Shown here one piece after another: positions 28,921-50,043 of a stretch of 64,000 nucleotides of DNA (position 1 is the first letter of the stretch; each line of letters begins with the position of its first letter). The notes beneath the pieces are model-generated. The model saw only the letters and a list, made by a program, of their open reading frames with translations, was not told the origin of the DNA and made no database searches. Origin of the DNA: the human T2T-CHM13v2.0 reference genome, Homo sapiens; NCBI GenBank assembly GCA_009914755.4, contig CP086569.2:14592001-14656000 (forward strand), read 5' to 3'. A program made the position numbers and the translations under genes.

Positions 28921-31173
28921 AACTGTCTGTGATGTAAAATGTATCTTTGACTGTGAGTCGGAGTCACACTTGTCAAAACTTCATTCCCCAACTTCTTCCT
29001 TATTACATTTTATATACTGCTCTCATTACATTTTCTTTTCCTGCCCAGCTTTATTAACTTCTAATCATTCACTTCAGTTAATTTTTAAGTTCTCCCTTTC
29101 CTGTTCCCTGAAGACGTCATCCTTCACATACAATCCTGAATCTGCTGTAAGAGCCTGTTTATAATGTTTTCATTTGGCTCCCAAGTAGCAACAAATAAAT
29201 GATATACTTTTTACCACTCAACTTATTAACTGTTTTTCATAAGCCCCTACTAGTTGTGCAATATAATCTTCGTAACTTCTATGGGCTACACTTTTGTCAC
29301 CTGCATAGTGGGAGAATTGATGGCCCTAACATAGGGGTTTACTGTGACAGTTAAAACAAATATGTACAACCTGTAAATTAAAAATTTTCCATTTATCATA
29401 GCTTTTATTTAAGCAACAACATCTTATTTCTCAAATAAGTCCTCATCACAATTTCTTCCTTTACTTGACCTCTTTGTAGCTTTTGACAACACTAACCACA
29501 GTCTACCTTCTAAACTCTTCTCTCCCATCACATTTTTGGCTTTTCTCTGATTTCTCTGATTATTATTATTCTGTTGATTTCTCTAAGTGGATTTTCTCCT
29601 GGTTCACCTAATTCATTCATTCTCTCCATATCTTCAGCCACCAACTCAAGTTGCTGATTCTTCAGCATCTATCTGCAGCCCAGACATCTAAATGATTCTG
29701 AACTTCTATATTCTGTAACGCATCAGATATTTCTCCTTGGCCTTCCATGAGAACCTTGAAAATAGCATCCTGCCATGAATGTTTTCCTCTTCTCTTGCCT
29801 CATTTCCAATCTTAATTAAGACAGCACAGCTGAGAGAGTTACCCAAAGATCAAAAATTTATCATTGATTCTTCTCTTTCACTGGTCATATTCAATTGGTT
29901 AGCCACTCCTTTTCTCGGTACCACTACTTGGTACACATTCTTACTTACTTTCTCCGGACTGTAGCAATCACACTTAGCTCCCTGACTTCAATCTCTGCCT
30001 TCTCCAATTCATCCTCTAACTAATTTAGAAAACGTTTGTAAAACAAATATCATTATTTCATATCCCAGATTGAAATTCTTCACTATCTCTTCATCTTCTG
30101 TAAAATTATCTCTAAACATATCATGGCCTATGAATTCCTTCACAATTAAACTCTAGTAGTTTCCTATACCTCCTCCCACTACTTCTCCAGTGAAAATGTA
30201 TTCTGTATTTGACCATGAAGTGAGTTGTAGGATGCAATGAGCAGAAGAAACATAGGCACCCAGACAACTGCTGCTGCCTGCAATACTTCCTAACGTCAAG
30301 CCCGATTAGGAAGATTGACCAAATTGTAGAGAACCTAAAACATCCCTGTAAGTAGAGAGAAAATATATTAAGCAATTAACCATATTATTTAACATGCCAT
30401 TAGTTACTTTATTTTCTTCCTTTCTTGTTTAATGGTACAAAATACTAGGCAGGTGTGTACCACCAGCATTGGGTGCACCTCTTCTAGCTGCTACTCAAGT
30501 TTGCATTTCATGTAAAATCCCTGTGAATAAATATTTTAATACCTACCCCTATAATTCTCTGCCTCCTTCTTTGGTCTGAGCTTGCACTCCATTAATGGCA
30601 ATTGATAACACCACAGCTCAAGGAGTTACCCAAAGTAGACATCAGAAATTTATCATTGATTCTTCTCTCTCACTGGTCATGTTCAGTGTTCAGCTAAGTG
30701 AAATATTTATGGAGGGCAATTCTTGGTTCCAGCATGGAGTTTTGTTGGGAAAACTGGTGATCCAGTCAGTAGTCAACTAATGAAATGGGCTTGGGGAATG
30801 AGGGATCCCTGGGGAAAATCTTGGGTTAGCTGACCTAGTCAATAGAGTGACCAGTGACTCCCATGTTTGAGGCACATGGGCATCTACATGAGTATAGGAT
30901 ATTCTAAAAATGCCCCCAGATTCATGACTCTGTTGGAGGAACTAAAAATGGGTCATGGATGTAAGGAAGAGATAAAAATGAGGCATATGTCTAGAAGGCC
31001 CCTCTCATGGGAAGTGCCACAGGAAACAGATACTGTAGTTAGCTGCAGAGGCAAAAATAAGAAAACTGGAGTAGGAATTGAAATTAGAAAAGAATATGTA
31101 AATGTCCACTATCCTGCTGGCCACCAAGCTAGCCCATAAGTTTTGAGATCAGGATAAGAAATCAGACATTTTA

Positions 31174-31476
<303 letters not shown>

Positions 31477-34071
31477 TCAGAAACTTTGATATGTATATAC
31501 ACCAAGATACAGGACAGAAAGCTCCCCAGGGTGAAAGTGTGTGCCATCGTGGAAAGACCTAGAACTCATTGGAAATTGAGAATGATAGTGAGACTGATGT
31601 GATGCTGGAAGATAAGAAGGAGAAAGAGAATGGAGGAGGCCCAAATGCTTATTCGGCATGCTGAATATTGAGCAGGGACAGGCTGGAGGCCAGTTGCCTC
31701 TGCTGGAGCATATGCCATCTGAACTGGTGGAGATTAATGCTGAGTTTCAGCAGGAACTTGATGAGAGTATTTCTGCATGGCTGCTGAAGTTATGGGATTT
31801 GGATGTACATAGTCTGTAACTTACTGGATAAGAAGCAGAAAAGGTTATAATAAAACTACCCATATTGTCTATGACAACACTTGGGACGGAGTAAGAAGCA
31901 TCTTGGGTGTCCATGTCAGTGGATTAGGGTATTAGCTCCTGTTGGAAGGTGTAGCCTAATAAGGGGGACTTGCCAGAGGGATACCTCAGTGGAACTATAT
32001 AGAGGAAGTACAGCAGATTCCAAGGGAACTGGGAATTTCCCTACAAAAGTGATCATAAAACTTATGAAGCCTTGCAGACTGGGAACCGCAACCAGGAAGC
32101 TGCTAACTTTCTCCCTTTGAAGGCTAGCAGGCGATACAGATTGCCAGATGGTCACAAAGAAATACAAGAGAGCATTCTGGAGTAGTAAAAGCTGGGGATA
32201 GCATGACTGGTTCAAAGTAACTTTAGTAACTGGATGGCCTGATACAGATGCCAGATGGCTTGTGGATAATGAAAATGGACTACAGAAAATTTTAAAAGTG
32301 ATGCCTTTCATACATGTTCTTTGTCAGACATTTCTTTGCTACAGCACTTAGAGTATTACCTAAGAACTTAGAGTACTGGATTTTGCTGATTACTTTTTTC
32401 TAATATTTCCTAACCACAAGCTCAGAGGATCAGTTTGCTTTCACATGGGAAGGACAGCAGCAGACCTTTAAGGTGTTACTGCAGCAATGTACATACAGCC
32501 CTATAATCTCCTACAAGATGGTGGCCTGCAACTTGATTCTGTTTTCATCCCCCTAAACATATTTAGGAATGTTGATCAGATGGTAGGAGACCCCAAAATT
32601 TACTTTAACTAGTGAGTAATACAAGAAATCATCTAGATGGCTTAACACACTCTCAGTGATTTTTTTCCCTCTTTTTCCTTTTCCTTTTTTTTTTGATAGA
32701 AAAATTATTTAATCAAAATAAGTCTACACATTGAACTTATGGCTTAACTAGAATAAATCTAAGTTAAACTGTATAGAGACCAAACAGATAATGACTGGTG
32801 TATATGCAGGTTCTCTCAAAGCAGTGATTCCTAGTTCCACTGTAAGACCTCTTAAAAGTGAAAATTCAATTCTGTAGATGAAAACAGTTATCCCAGTGGG
32901 TCAACCATACAATGTCATATACAGACGCTGCTCTTAAGCCATTTTTTCCATATTCATATAGTTTCAAAACATGAGAAGTATTTTACTTATGGGAAAATGC
33001 CAAATTACCTAATATTCAAAGTATCTTAGAAATGCTATCCTTTAGTTAACATACCCTTAAATTTTGTAACATTGGCTTCACTCTGATTTACTCCATACAC
33101 ATCAATGTACAGACTATCAAAGTACTATGTTGGAACAACTGCTCTTTGCATTTTTGGAATCTAGAAATGAAAATAAAACTTCCAATATAGCCATGTTTTC
33201 AAATAGGTACGTTTCCTTATATAGCATTTGTTTATTGTATAAGCATTATGGATTTTTTCTTCCAATTAAGTACTATTTAGTGAATTCCTAAAGAAATTTT
33301 TAACAGCATAGAAACTTGAGGCATTTCTCAAAAATACATTTATTTAGTTTTCCGTTTTAGTTACTAGTGCCTGCCTGTGAAAAGGGCCTTAAATGATTTA
33401 ACCCTAAAGCCAGATTCATTCCTGTATATACCCATTCTGTTATCTGCAGAGAAGTAATAAGACTTCATTCCTTTCTCATTCCTTTTCATACTATAAAATA
33501 TTAGTCAGATGTGGATTGCAAGTGGAGAGATGTACCTTGTCTTGCCACTGCCCATGATTGCCTCATATATAAGTTCTCCTTAATGAGTCTTTGACTATGT
33601 ATCAACCTGGAGTGGTCTGCTTTTTAGTCTGATTTTGCTTTCTATTTATGAAGATGTGTCACCTAGTAACTGACAAAGTAATAAACTTGAGAAATAAGGC
33701 ATCCCTGGGGAGAAATTCCAGATTGCTTGGCCTAGGCTATGTGGTGACCAGTGACCCATATGCCTAATTTTGTGTTTTGACTTCTATGTGAGTAGAAGCA
33801 TGTCCCAAGAGCTTGTCACCTTATCTGAATAACTAAAAATAGGGCATGACAGTAGTGAAGGAAATGAGTATGGTGGCTATGGTGCAGCCTGTTGTGTGCT
33901 ATACAAGAGGCAATGGATGCAGTTAGTGGCAGAAGTGGAAGATATGGAACTCGTCAAATAAGACATGATTTTTTCTAGATCAAGCTATGAAATTTAAAAG
34001 ATATGTTTTGTTGAGAAAAAAAGTATTTTGGTTCTAAAATAAAATTATTCGTTATTTAAAAATGAGAAGGA

Positions 34072-34378
<307 letters not shown>

Positions 34379-34908
34379 AAGGAGAAAAAATTTGGGGGCA
34401 AAAAAACCTGATAGGTATGTAAGAGTTGTAGAAATTTATGTAGAAGATGAATCTTGTGGAGGAATTTTATGTGTAATCAAGCTGGATAAGAAAATTATTT
34501 ATGTTTTTCTAAAAATTAAATTTAATGCCAAAAATACATTGGTACAAAATTATAATTTGATCTCTGTGAAAAACAATATAATTCTTTGGAACATTGGTCT
34601 GCTCTTAATGAGATATTATAAAAGATTTTATCTTGATCTTTTGGGTAACTGGCCTAGAAAAATTTTTGCTTGTTTATTTTCACAATAAGATTCCCTGTGC
34701 TTTGTGTTGTCTTTGTTAGGCCTTTGATTCTGAAAGAAAAAAAAAACCCAAATGTTCACATAATTGGAGTTCCCATAATTTGGGTAAATTTTCATAAATA
34801 ATATCGTTCGTTTAATGAAAAAGACCTATTTCAGAGTTGTCAACATTAAATATAATGCAGACATACAATTTTGACCTCTAGTAGTTGTTTATGATAATAA
34901 AATTATGA

Positions 34909-35269
<361 letters not shown>

Positions 35270-37609
35270 AGAAGTGCAGTATTCTTTATGTGTATCAAAT
35301 ACTGCAGTGAAACAAAGAAAAAACTACCACAAAAAAAGTTATGTATTTAACTCTTTAAGGTTTTGCTTTCATGTTGACTGTACTAGCATGTACATGCTAT
35401 AAAAAATAGTTAATAGGAAAGACATGTTAGAAGAACCACCAACATCCTGTCCCCACAAAAATACAACTGGAAACAATTCAAATCCAAGAAAATTATCTTA
35501 CTTTTATCAAAATTTTGGAAAGAAGCAAAGATACTTCCTAGGCTTACAAAATTGGAAGAAGCTGTGACTGCTAACAGAAAGAGTTATTTCATACTACATC
35601 ACCCCTACCCCAGGGTCATAATACCATGCACAGAGATTTCCCTAGACCCAAAATTGCCAGTGTTGGGGAGGGAAGTAGAGGTGAAAATTCAGTCTCTCCA
35701 CTGATCTGGGAGTCTTCATAAAAAGGGCAGTTTGAGTTCATTCCAGGGGAACCACTGGGAATGAACTCAGGGGGCTAAATCACCTGGGATAAACTGAGGA
35801 CAAAGAGTAGGACACTGATCACAGTAACTGGCAAGTAAATCTTAGTGGCTTCTCTGTTCTCAGAGCAGAAATGCCACATATTAAAGAGGAGGCTGCAGGT
35901 GGGATCCATGGAGAGCTGCATGGTCAAAGGTGAATGGCTGATGCTTAAAACCACCTAAGGCCTATGGACTCATGTTGGCTGCCTTTGTTGTACACTTTTC
36001 TCTTCTATGCTGCTAGGCATAGTTTCATCTACTGGATTCAAAGGTTAGAATGGGCATGGAACCACGGCAAGCAAAAAGACCTCAGTATTAATGCTTTACT
36101 GATTAAGCTCAATCATATGGTACTGGGGAGGAACACAGCCTTGCAGTCTGCCATGGGATGGTAGATCATGAGTTAATTCTCTTTTCTTTTTTACCTGGCA
36201 TATATGGTCACCTTACATAGATGACATCATGTTAGTTCCTCCTAAAGACCTCTCTGGTTTTGGAGATCAAACATTTCTGGTCATGAGTATTATGAGAATT
36301 AGTGGTGAGTGTCTACAAAATGTGGGTACAAAGCACTTCTGTTAACTTCCTGGGAGTAGTCATTAAGTTAGGTAGGAATCAGATAATGCTTGAAGTGGTG
36401 GTAGATACGTCCATACAGTAAAGGAAGTATGAGCTTTTTTGGAACTGTTGAGGTACTAGAGAGCCTTTTTAATCAAATCTGGCCAATGACTTAGTGCACT
36501 ATATAGGTTAATTAAAATGAGAGCACTCTGGTATTGGAAACAGTAACAACATGCTTCTGAAAAGGCAAAGTTTGGGAGGGAGGAGCCAAGATGGCTGAAT
36601 AGGAACAGCTCCGGTCTACAACTCCCAGGGTGAGTGATGCAGAAGATGGGTGATTTCTGCATTTCCATCTGAGGTACCGGGTTCATCTCACTAGGGAGTG
36701 CCAGACAGTGGGTGCAGGACAGTGGGTGCAGTGCACCGTGCACGAGCCAAAGCAGGGTGAGGCATTGCCTCACTAGGGAAGTGCAAGGGGTCAGGGAGTT
36801 CCTTTTCCTAGTCAAAGAAAGGGGTGACAGACGGCACCTGGAAAATCAGGTCACTCCCACCCTAATACTGTGCTTTTCCGAGGGGTTTAAAAAAATGGCA
36901 CACCAGGAGATTATATCCCGCACATGGCTCAGAGGGTCCTACGCTCACGGAGTCTCACTGATTGCTAGCACAGCAGTCTGAGATCAAACTGCAAGGTGGC
37001 AGTGAGGCTGGGGGAGGGGCGCCTGCCATTGCCCAGGCTTGCTTAGGTAAACAAAGCAGCTGGGAGGCTTGAACTCGGTGGAGCCCACCACAGCTCAAGG
37101 AGGCCTGCCTGCCTCTATAGGCTCCACCTCTGGGGGCAGGGCACAGACAGACAAAAAGACAGCAGTAACCTCTGCAGACTTAAATCTCCCTGTCTGAAAG
37201 CTTTGAAGACAGCAGTGGTTCTCCCAGCACGCAGCTGGAGATCGGAGAACGGGCAGACTGCTACTCAAGTGGGTCCCTGACCCCTGATCCCTGAGCAGCC
37301 TAACTGGGAGGCACCCCCGAGTAGCTGTGTGGACACCTCACATGGCCGGGTACTCCTCTGAGACAAAACTTCCAGAGGAACGATCAGACAGCAGCATTCA
37401 TTGTTCACAAAAATCCGCTGTTCTGCCATCACCACTGCTGATACCCAGGCAAACGGGGTCTGGAGTGGACCTCTAGCAAACTCCAGCAGAACTGCAGCTG
37501 AGGGTCCTGTCTGTTGGAAGGAAAACTAACAAACAGAAAGGACATCCACACCAAAAACCCATCTGTACATCACCATCATCAAAGACCAAAAGTAGATAAA
37601 ACCACAAAG

Positions 37610-38626
37610 ATGGGGAAAAAACAGAGCAGAAAAACTGGAAACTCTAAAAAGCAGAGTGCCTCTCCTCCTCCAAAGGAACGCAGTTCCTCACCAGCAATGG
37701 AACAAAGGTGGATGGAGAATGACTTTGACGAGTTGAGAGAAGAAGGCTTCAGACGATCAAACTACTCCAGAGTACGGGAGGATATTGAAACCAAAGGCAA
37801 AGAAGTTAAAAGCTTTGAAAAAAATTTAGACGAATGTATAACTAGAATAACAAATACAGAGCAGTGCTTAAAGGAGCTGAAGGAGCTGAAAGCCAAGGCT
37901 TGAGAACTATGTGAAGCATGCAGAAGCCTCAGGAGCCAATGCAATCAACTGGAAGAAAGGGTATCAGTGATGGCAGATGAAATGAATGAAACGAAGCAAG
38001 AAAGGAAGTTTAGAGAAAAAAAAATAAAAAGAAATGAACAAAGCCTCCAAGAAATATGGGACTATATGAAAAGAACAAATCTACATCTGACTGGTGTACC
38101 TGAAAGTGACGGGGAGAATGGAATCAAGTTGGAAAACACTCTGCAGGATATTATCCTGGAGAACGTCCCCAATCTAGCAAGGCAGGCCAACATTCAGATT
38201 CAGGAAATACAGAGAACGCCACAAAGATACTCCTCGAGAAGAGCAACTCCAAGACACATAATTGCCAGATTCACCAAAGTTGAAATGAAGGAAAAAATGT
38301 TAAGGGCAGCCAGAGAGAAAGGTCGGGTTACCCACAAAGGGAAGCCCATCAAACTAACAGTGGATCTCTCGGCAGAAACTCTACAAGCCAGAAGAGAGTG
38401 GGGGCCAATATTCAACATTCTTAAAGAAAAGAATTGTCAACCCAGAATTTCATATCCAGCCAAACTAAGCTTCATAAGTGAAGGAGAAATAAAATACTTT
38501 ACAGACAAGCAAATGCTGAGAGATTTTATCACCACCAGGCCTGCCCTAAAAGACCTCCTCACAGAAGCACTAAACATGGAAAGGAACAACTGGTACCAGC
38601 CACCGCAAAATCATGCCAAATTGTAA
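37610..38626 (+). pseudogene. L1 #2 ORF1 remnant (premature tga at 37901-37903, CGA→TGA)
   Basis: Six-frame pieces at 37514-37903 (…MGKKQSRKTGNSKKQSASPPPKERSSSPAMEQ…) and 37967-38626 (…LTGVPESDGENGIKLENTLQDI…NHAKL*) read as ORF1p. Confidence 0.88.
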
Positions 38627-38689
38627 AGACCATCGAGGCTAGGAAGAAACTGCATCAACTAACAAACAAAATAACCAGCTAACATCATA

Positions 38690-42507
<3,818 letters not shown>

Positions 42508-44433
42508 ACAATGAGAACACTTGGACACAGTAAGGGGAACATCACACACTGGGGCCAGTCATGGGGTGGGGGGAGGGGGGAGGGTTACCATTAGGAGATA
42601 TACGTAATGTAAATGAAGAGTTAATGGGTGCAACACACCAACATGCCACATGTATACATATGTAACAAACCTGCACGTTGTGCACATGTACCGTAGAAGT
42701 TGAAGTATTAAAAAAAAAAAAAAAAAGAAAGACTCGGTTGTCCAGTGGAAATTGTTTTTTCCAGAAGGCAGCTCACCTGCTCCAGGGCCTCTCAGCTTTG
42801 CATTTTGGCAGTTATTTCTTTTTGAGAAACTTTATTTGCTCCACTCCCACTGTTTGAATGGGGCCCTTTGTTCCCCAAGGTTCCCCTAAATGCCAGGGCC
42901 TAATTCACAGATGGTTTGCCTAGGATGAAACCCAATGGTATCCACTCTGTTGCCATGGATGTTCAGCTTCGGCAACGTCCATGCAGAACTTGGAGTGGGG
43001 AGAACTCAAGGCTATTCTCCCAGCTCTGCCCAAGACTCTGTTGAACCTTGTTTTATTTTATGGACTTATGTGTTTTTTCCACTTGGAAAATTCATACCTC
43101 ACAGCAGCTGAGTGAGCCATGTGACATGCCACTGCAAATAGGCCCATTCAAAGGCTCTATTCTGGTGAGGCTACCTTGAATAAAGCTGCATCCCTCAGAT
43201 TACCCGACTCCTAATGGGGCCAGTGATGACCTCAGACCTGAGGCCCCACTTTGGGGCTACTGAAGGTGCCCCCTCCTTGTTCAACATTAGTTACTTTTGA
43301 ACTTATTCTACACAGTGCCAGTAATGTTTGTCAAATAACTCAAAATGGCATGCTGGTTACAATATGATCCCAGCAGTGCATGAAGAGGACAGCAAGTTCA
43401 ATGCTGAAAAAAATCTTAGCATTCTTTTTGGTCACAAACTTTCACAAATTGAACATTTGTTAAAAACAGGAGCTCTTGCAATAGAAAATACAATCTGCCT
43501 AGTCAGAAATAAAGTGTGGAGTAATGGAGATAACTCTGGCTGTTAAAAAGTAACCTTCAAGAAGGTGGGGAGATGTTATGTGGCTTGCTATATCACCCTG
43601 TCTAGACCAGTGTTTGAAACATAGAAAGAGGCTCAGAGAGTTACTGAATGAATAAATCTTATTGAACTTGTTGCCAGAGAGGTGAAACACAAGATCACTG
43701 GGAGAGGGGAGATCAAATTAGAAACAAAGCTACTTAAGCTTTTCTTCCAGCATGAAGAGAAAAAGGAGAATAAGGGCTAACAAATGGAACAAAATAAACG
43801 CTTTTCATTGTTCTTTGTCCCCATGGATACTTCTGATAGCTGATGGAGGTTAAATTGTCAGTAAGTTGCAATTTTTTGGGTGGGAGCTCTCGCAGGTGCT
43901 ATTTCCAACCTTCCTCTATAGAGAGAGGAAGAGTGCAAGGTGTTCGTCTCTATAAAAAGTTCCACTGAGACTATTTGAATAGGAACTGCATGAAGGCAGA
44001 GTTCGGGTGGGGCATGGTGTAGTGGAACAGTAGAAGAAATGGAAAACATCCATATTGGTTAATTTTTCATTCAAAACATCACCTGGAATGTCATTTAAAA
44101 AATATTGTGTTGTGTGTTATGTGTGTGGCTATATAATGCTGTTTTAATTAAAGGATGTGTTTATTTATATGGTAGGTTTTCCTAGAACTAATGAATTATT
44201 TGAAAAACGTGGGATTGTTTAAGTCAGTGGTTCTCAATTAGAGAGTGGGGCGATTTTGCCCCGCACCTTCCCCCTGCCCATCCCCCAGGGTCCCTTTGGC
44301 AATGTCTTGAGACATTGTTGGTGTAACTGGGAAGAGGTTCTGCTGCCATCTGGTGCTGAGAGGTCAGGGATGTTGCAAAAAATGCCACATACAAGACAGG
44401 CTCCAGGACAAAGAAAGATCCTGTCTAAAATGT

Positions 44434-44708
<275 letters not shown>

Positions 44709-45275
44709 TCAGTGGAGTTGATGTTGAGAAACCATGAGTTTCCCATAATTTTAATCCAATTCTCAGGACTTTTCTGAAAATCTACTATTTGAATTTAGGG
44801 CAAAATATTCTTTTTGTTGATTCTCAAACCTGGAGGCATTCATATCACCAAGGTGCTTTAAACAATACTGATACCAAAGCCACCCCAGGCCAATTAAATG
44901 TAGATGTCCCAGAGTAGGGCCTAGGCCTCTACATTTTAAAATTCCTAATTATTATTAGCGTTGAACAGCACTCATTTAAATGATGTAATACAGGAACTGA
45001 AAACCATGCACAGTTGATTTATCTTATCCACACTAAAAGTATCCACAAATAAAATGATACAATTCTGCAACTTAAACAAGAAATTATCACCTGTCATTAG
45101 TCCGTGACTTCCTATGTGCTTGTTTATATTTTGTAAAAAAAAAATTTTCTTTTGCTTAAAGAAAAATCCATAATAAAAAAGTTCTTGGTTTCAGAAAGAC
45201 AGTTTTGGAACACAGTAAAAAATATTTCCTTTTTTGCTTTGACATCTTTGTGGCAATCTGAAACTTCTAAGTCCA

Positions 45276-45601
<326 letters not shown>

Positions 45602-45759
45602 TAAGTTCATTTGTTTGTAGTAAATATTTCAGTGACTCATTAGAGAGGCAACCTAATAATAGTTGGCCTTGTGTTGTATTTCATGCTGTTAGTGTGTGAG
45701 ATTGCAAATCTAAATAAAAACCATTATAATTTCTCTATAATTAAAAACCAGCACACATT

Positions 45760-46455
<696 letters not shown>

Positions 46456-47134
46456 CTGCTTTTTACTTGGATTCTCATTCACTTCCTTTTACCTTAACTG
46501 TATTAGTTCAAGTATTTTCTCTCTTTCTCCCTCCCCACCCCATCTCTCTCTGTCCCATCTCCCCCACCGTCTGTCTGTCTCTCTCCATCTCTCCCTACCA
46601 TCTGCCCAGAATTTTCCCAGAATTAGTTATGACGTTAGAGACAGAAACAGAAGTTGACTTATCGTATTACTGAATGGTACCTCAATAGCATAAAAAGGCA
46701 CATTTAACAAAAGTCTTTCCTAAAACTCACCCAAGTAATTGAAAGTTAAATGAGTCTTAACAGAGGTAAGAGAATACAATTCAATAAAAGTAGCAGAAAA
46801 GCTCAAATGACTGACACAGATAGAGATTTCCCACATATTACTTCCCAATATTGAATTAAAATTTGCCCAAAAGACCCATCTGCATATTCCAGAGCTCACC
46901 AACACATTGATATAAGGAAGGCCATATTATTTTAGTAACTATTTTTCTAGCTTGGGGTGCCTTGTAAAATCCTTTACACCTCCTTGCAGCTCTTCTTTTA
47001 TACCCATGCTTACTCCTGTGTGATTTCATTTGGCCCATTTGATTTTGAGCATTATGTATATAATGGTTTTCCTCAAATCTTTGTCTCCAGGAGAGTGAAA
47101 AGCTTTAAAAAAAGGTATTCCCTCCCTGCAGACA

Positions 47135-47640
47135 GGCACAGTGAGCTCCACAGAAGGCCAGCCTCATTCTTATGCCTTTGCATCCTTATAGCTTAGCTCC
47201 CACATATGAGTGAGAACACACAATGTCTGGTTTCCCATTCCTGAGTTACTTCACTTAGAATAATAGTCTCCAATCTCATCCACGGCACTGCAAATGCTGG
47301 TAATTCATTCCTTTTTATGGCTGCATAGTATTCCATTGTATAAATACACCACAGTTTCTTTATCCACTTGTTGATTAATGGGCATTTGGGTTAGTTCCAT
47401 GATTTTGCAGTTGTGAATTGTGCTGCTATAAACATGCAAGTGCAAGTGTGTTTTTCGAACAATGACTTCTTTTTCTCTAGGTGGATACCTAGTAGTGGGA
47501 CTGCTGGATCAAATGCTAATTCTACTTTAAGTTCTTTAAGGAATCTCCACACTGTTTTCCATAGTGGCTGTACTAGTTTACATTCCCACCAGCGGTGTAG
47601 AAGTGTTCCCTGTTCACTGCATCCATCCCAAAGACTTTGG
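47135..47640 (-). mobile_element. Older L1 (L1PB/L1M-like) 3'-end fragment
   Basis: ttagctcccacatatgagtgagaacacacaatgtctggtttcccattcctgagttacttcacttagaataatagtctccaa…ttcctttttatggctgcatagtattccattgtataaatacaccacagtttctttatccacttgttgattaatgggcatttgggttagttcc is the reverse complement of the L1 3' region. Confidence 0.8.
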
Positions 47641-48519
47641 GGTCTTGGGGAAAAGAGTGGGACGGTGGTGAGGGATAAAAGACTGCAAATATGGTGCAGT
47701 GTATACTGCTTGGGTGGTGGGTGCACCAAAATCTCACAAATCACCACTAAAGAACTTACTCATCTAACCAAATACCATGTACTTACTCATGTACCCCAAT
47801 AACTTATGGAAAAATAAAAATAAAAAAAGGAGGCCAGTGTCATTGCAAGCATGGGTTGTTTAAACCACGAAGTTCTCATCTTCTCCCCATGTGTTAGTTC
47901 CCTCTCTTGGACTCTTTACCTTCTCAGTTTTTTCTGACAATGACATATTGTTTTACTAGGGACTTAAGACAGCTCTACAAAAGTCTAGGGCTACTTCATC
48001 CCCAAAGTCAACAGTTTTCAGTCATCTGAAAGCTACCTTTTAGTTCCTTATGATTCCCAAGCATAACACTTGATAACTCAGCCTTGTTCTCCTCTAACTT
48101 TGCATCTAGAAAGAAAACAAAACAAACAAACCACTGCTTTCTGACCCATTCTTTGTACAAATCATGCATTTCATATTGCAACAGAAGCTTAGGACCCTGT
48201 GTTGCTGTGTACGTGAACATGCCGTGTCTGGCATTGGTATTTTGACTTCATTATATTTTTAAATTTCAGTAATACTGAGTGAGATAAATCATAATTCCTG
48301 GTTCATGACATTTTCATCATTGTTCCAGGTATAGCCCATTTTACCTATTTAGCTAGCTATTTAATTAGGTATTGTTAATAGTATAATGGACACCCGAAAA
48401 TCTCACTGCCACGAACAAAAGAGGCCTTATACAATCAATAAATCTTCCTGTTTTGTCCACTATTATCTTATAATCTATGCCTATTATCTCTTCCTTTTTA
48501 TATGGATTTTTTGCATTTA

Positions 48520-48865
<346 letters not shown>

Positions 48866-49278
48866 TAACTTTATAAAGAAAGAGTATATCCTGCCATGTA
48901 TAGTCTGTTTGCATTTTCTTTCACATACTATTATATTGAGGCATTTGTTTAACGTATCCATCTCTGTCATTAATTTATTTTGACAGCTGTACAATATTTC
49001 AGTATGTGAATACCTAAGAGTTTATGCATCTGCTGTTCTATCATCGTACATTTTATTGGTTAAGGTTCTTGCTAACATGAGCTGTGCTGCTGTAAAGTTG
49101 GTTTGTCAAGACTTTGATAATACATATGCAGTAGCTTTAGCTGCGTTCCACCAGGAGTGAAAATGAGGAATCATCATCTATGTGGGTGGTCGTTTTTTTG
49201 AAGGTGGCATCTGACTCTCTTCCAGAGTCATTGCATTAATTGATACTTGCACCAGCAAAGTATCAAAGATGCTTTGAA

Positions 49279-49410
49279 GCCAGGTGCAGCAGTTCATGCC
49301 TGTAGTACCAGCTCATTGGAAGGCTAAGAGGGGAGGATTGCCTGAATCCAGGAGTTTGAAATCAGCTTGGGGAATAGTGATACCCCATCTCTAATTTTTT
49401 TTTTAATAAA
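49279..49410 (+). mobile_element. Free Alu monomer (FLAM/FRAM-like), ~130 bp
   Basis: gccaggtgcagcagttcatgcctgtagtaccagctcattggaaggctaagaggggaggattgcctgaatccaggagtttgaaatcagcttggggaatagtgataccccatctctaatttttttttt. Confidence 0.75.
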
Positions 49411-50043
49411 AGATATTATGGAGCCATAAGAAGTTAACATGACCATGTAAGAATAAAAGAGGCTGCATACCGAAGAGTGTTGAGTATTTCCAGTCCCAGG
49501 CAATGAATCTGTTGAGCACCTATCAGAAAAAGCCATTGTCCATAAGAAGTAGAAATGGAGATGGACATGTGAACAAAGACTTGATAAGGTGTGACGAACA
49601 TAATAAAAATGAACACCATGAAGAAAACACTCAGCAGTGTTAGAATGTTAACACTCACGAGAGAGAACAACATCCACCGCTGGAACACTCATGGGGTGAC
49701 AATGTGAAAGCACCAGCTGTTTAGTTCTGCTGAAGCATGGTTGACACTGGTGGGTCTGGAAAGAGATGAACTTCGCTGGGGGAAAACATAAAGAGAATCT
49801 TACTGCATGATAAACAACTGTCACATCAGCAGGGGGGCTCTAGCCATGATTTTTAAAGTAGGCAACAATAATAGTAGATTCTAATTTTAGAAAGAAGGTT
49901 GTGAAGGCATCTGGATGATTGAGAAGGCAGGTTTCAGACCAGAGGCAAAGACATAAGAGCTAATACTTTCGTTGGTGTTCACCGATATTAACTCAGTGAT
50001 TACTTATGACAACACCATGAAGTTGGTATGTTTTTCCCATTTT

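Noticed and set aside
36574-36590. Possible target-site duplication for L1 #2 (aaaaggcaaag vs aaaagaaagac)
   Set aside because: Only about 8 of 11 positions match, and it overlaps the poly(A). This is too weak to call, unlike the clean target-site duplications of L1 #1 and #3.
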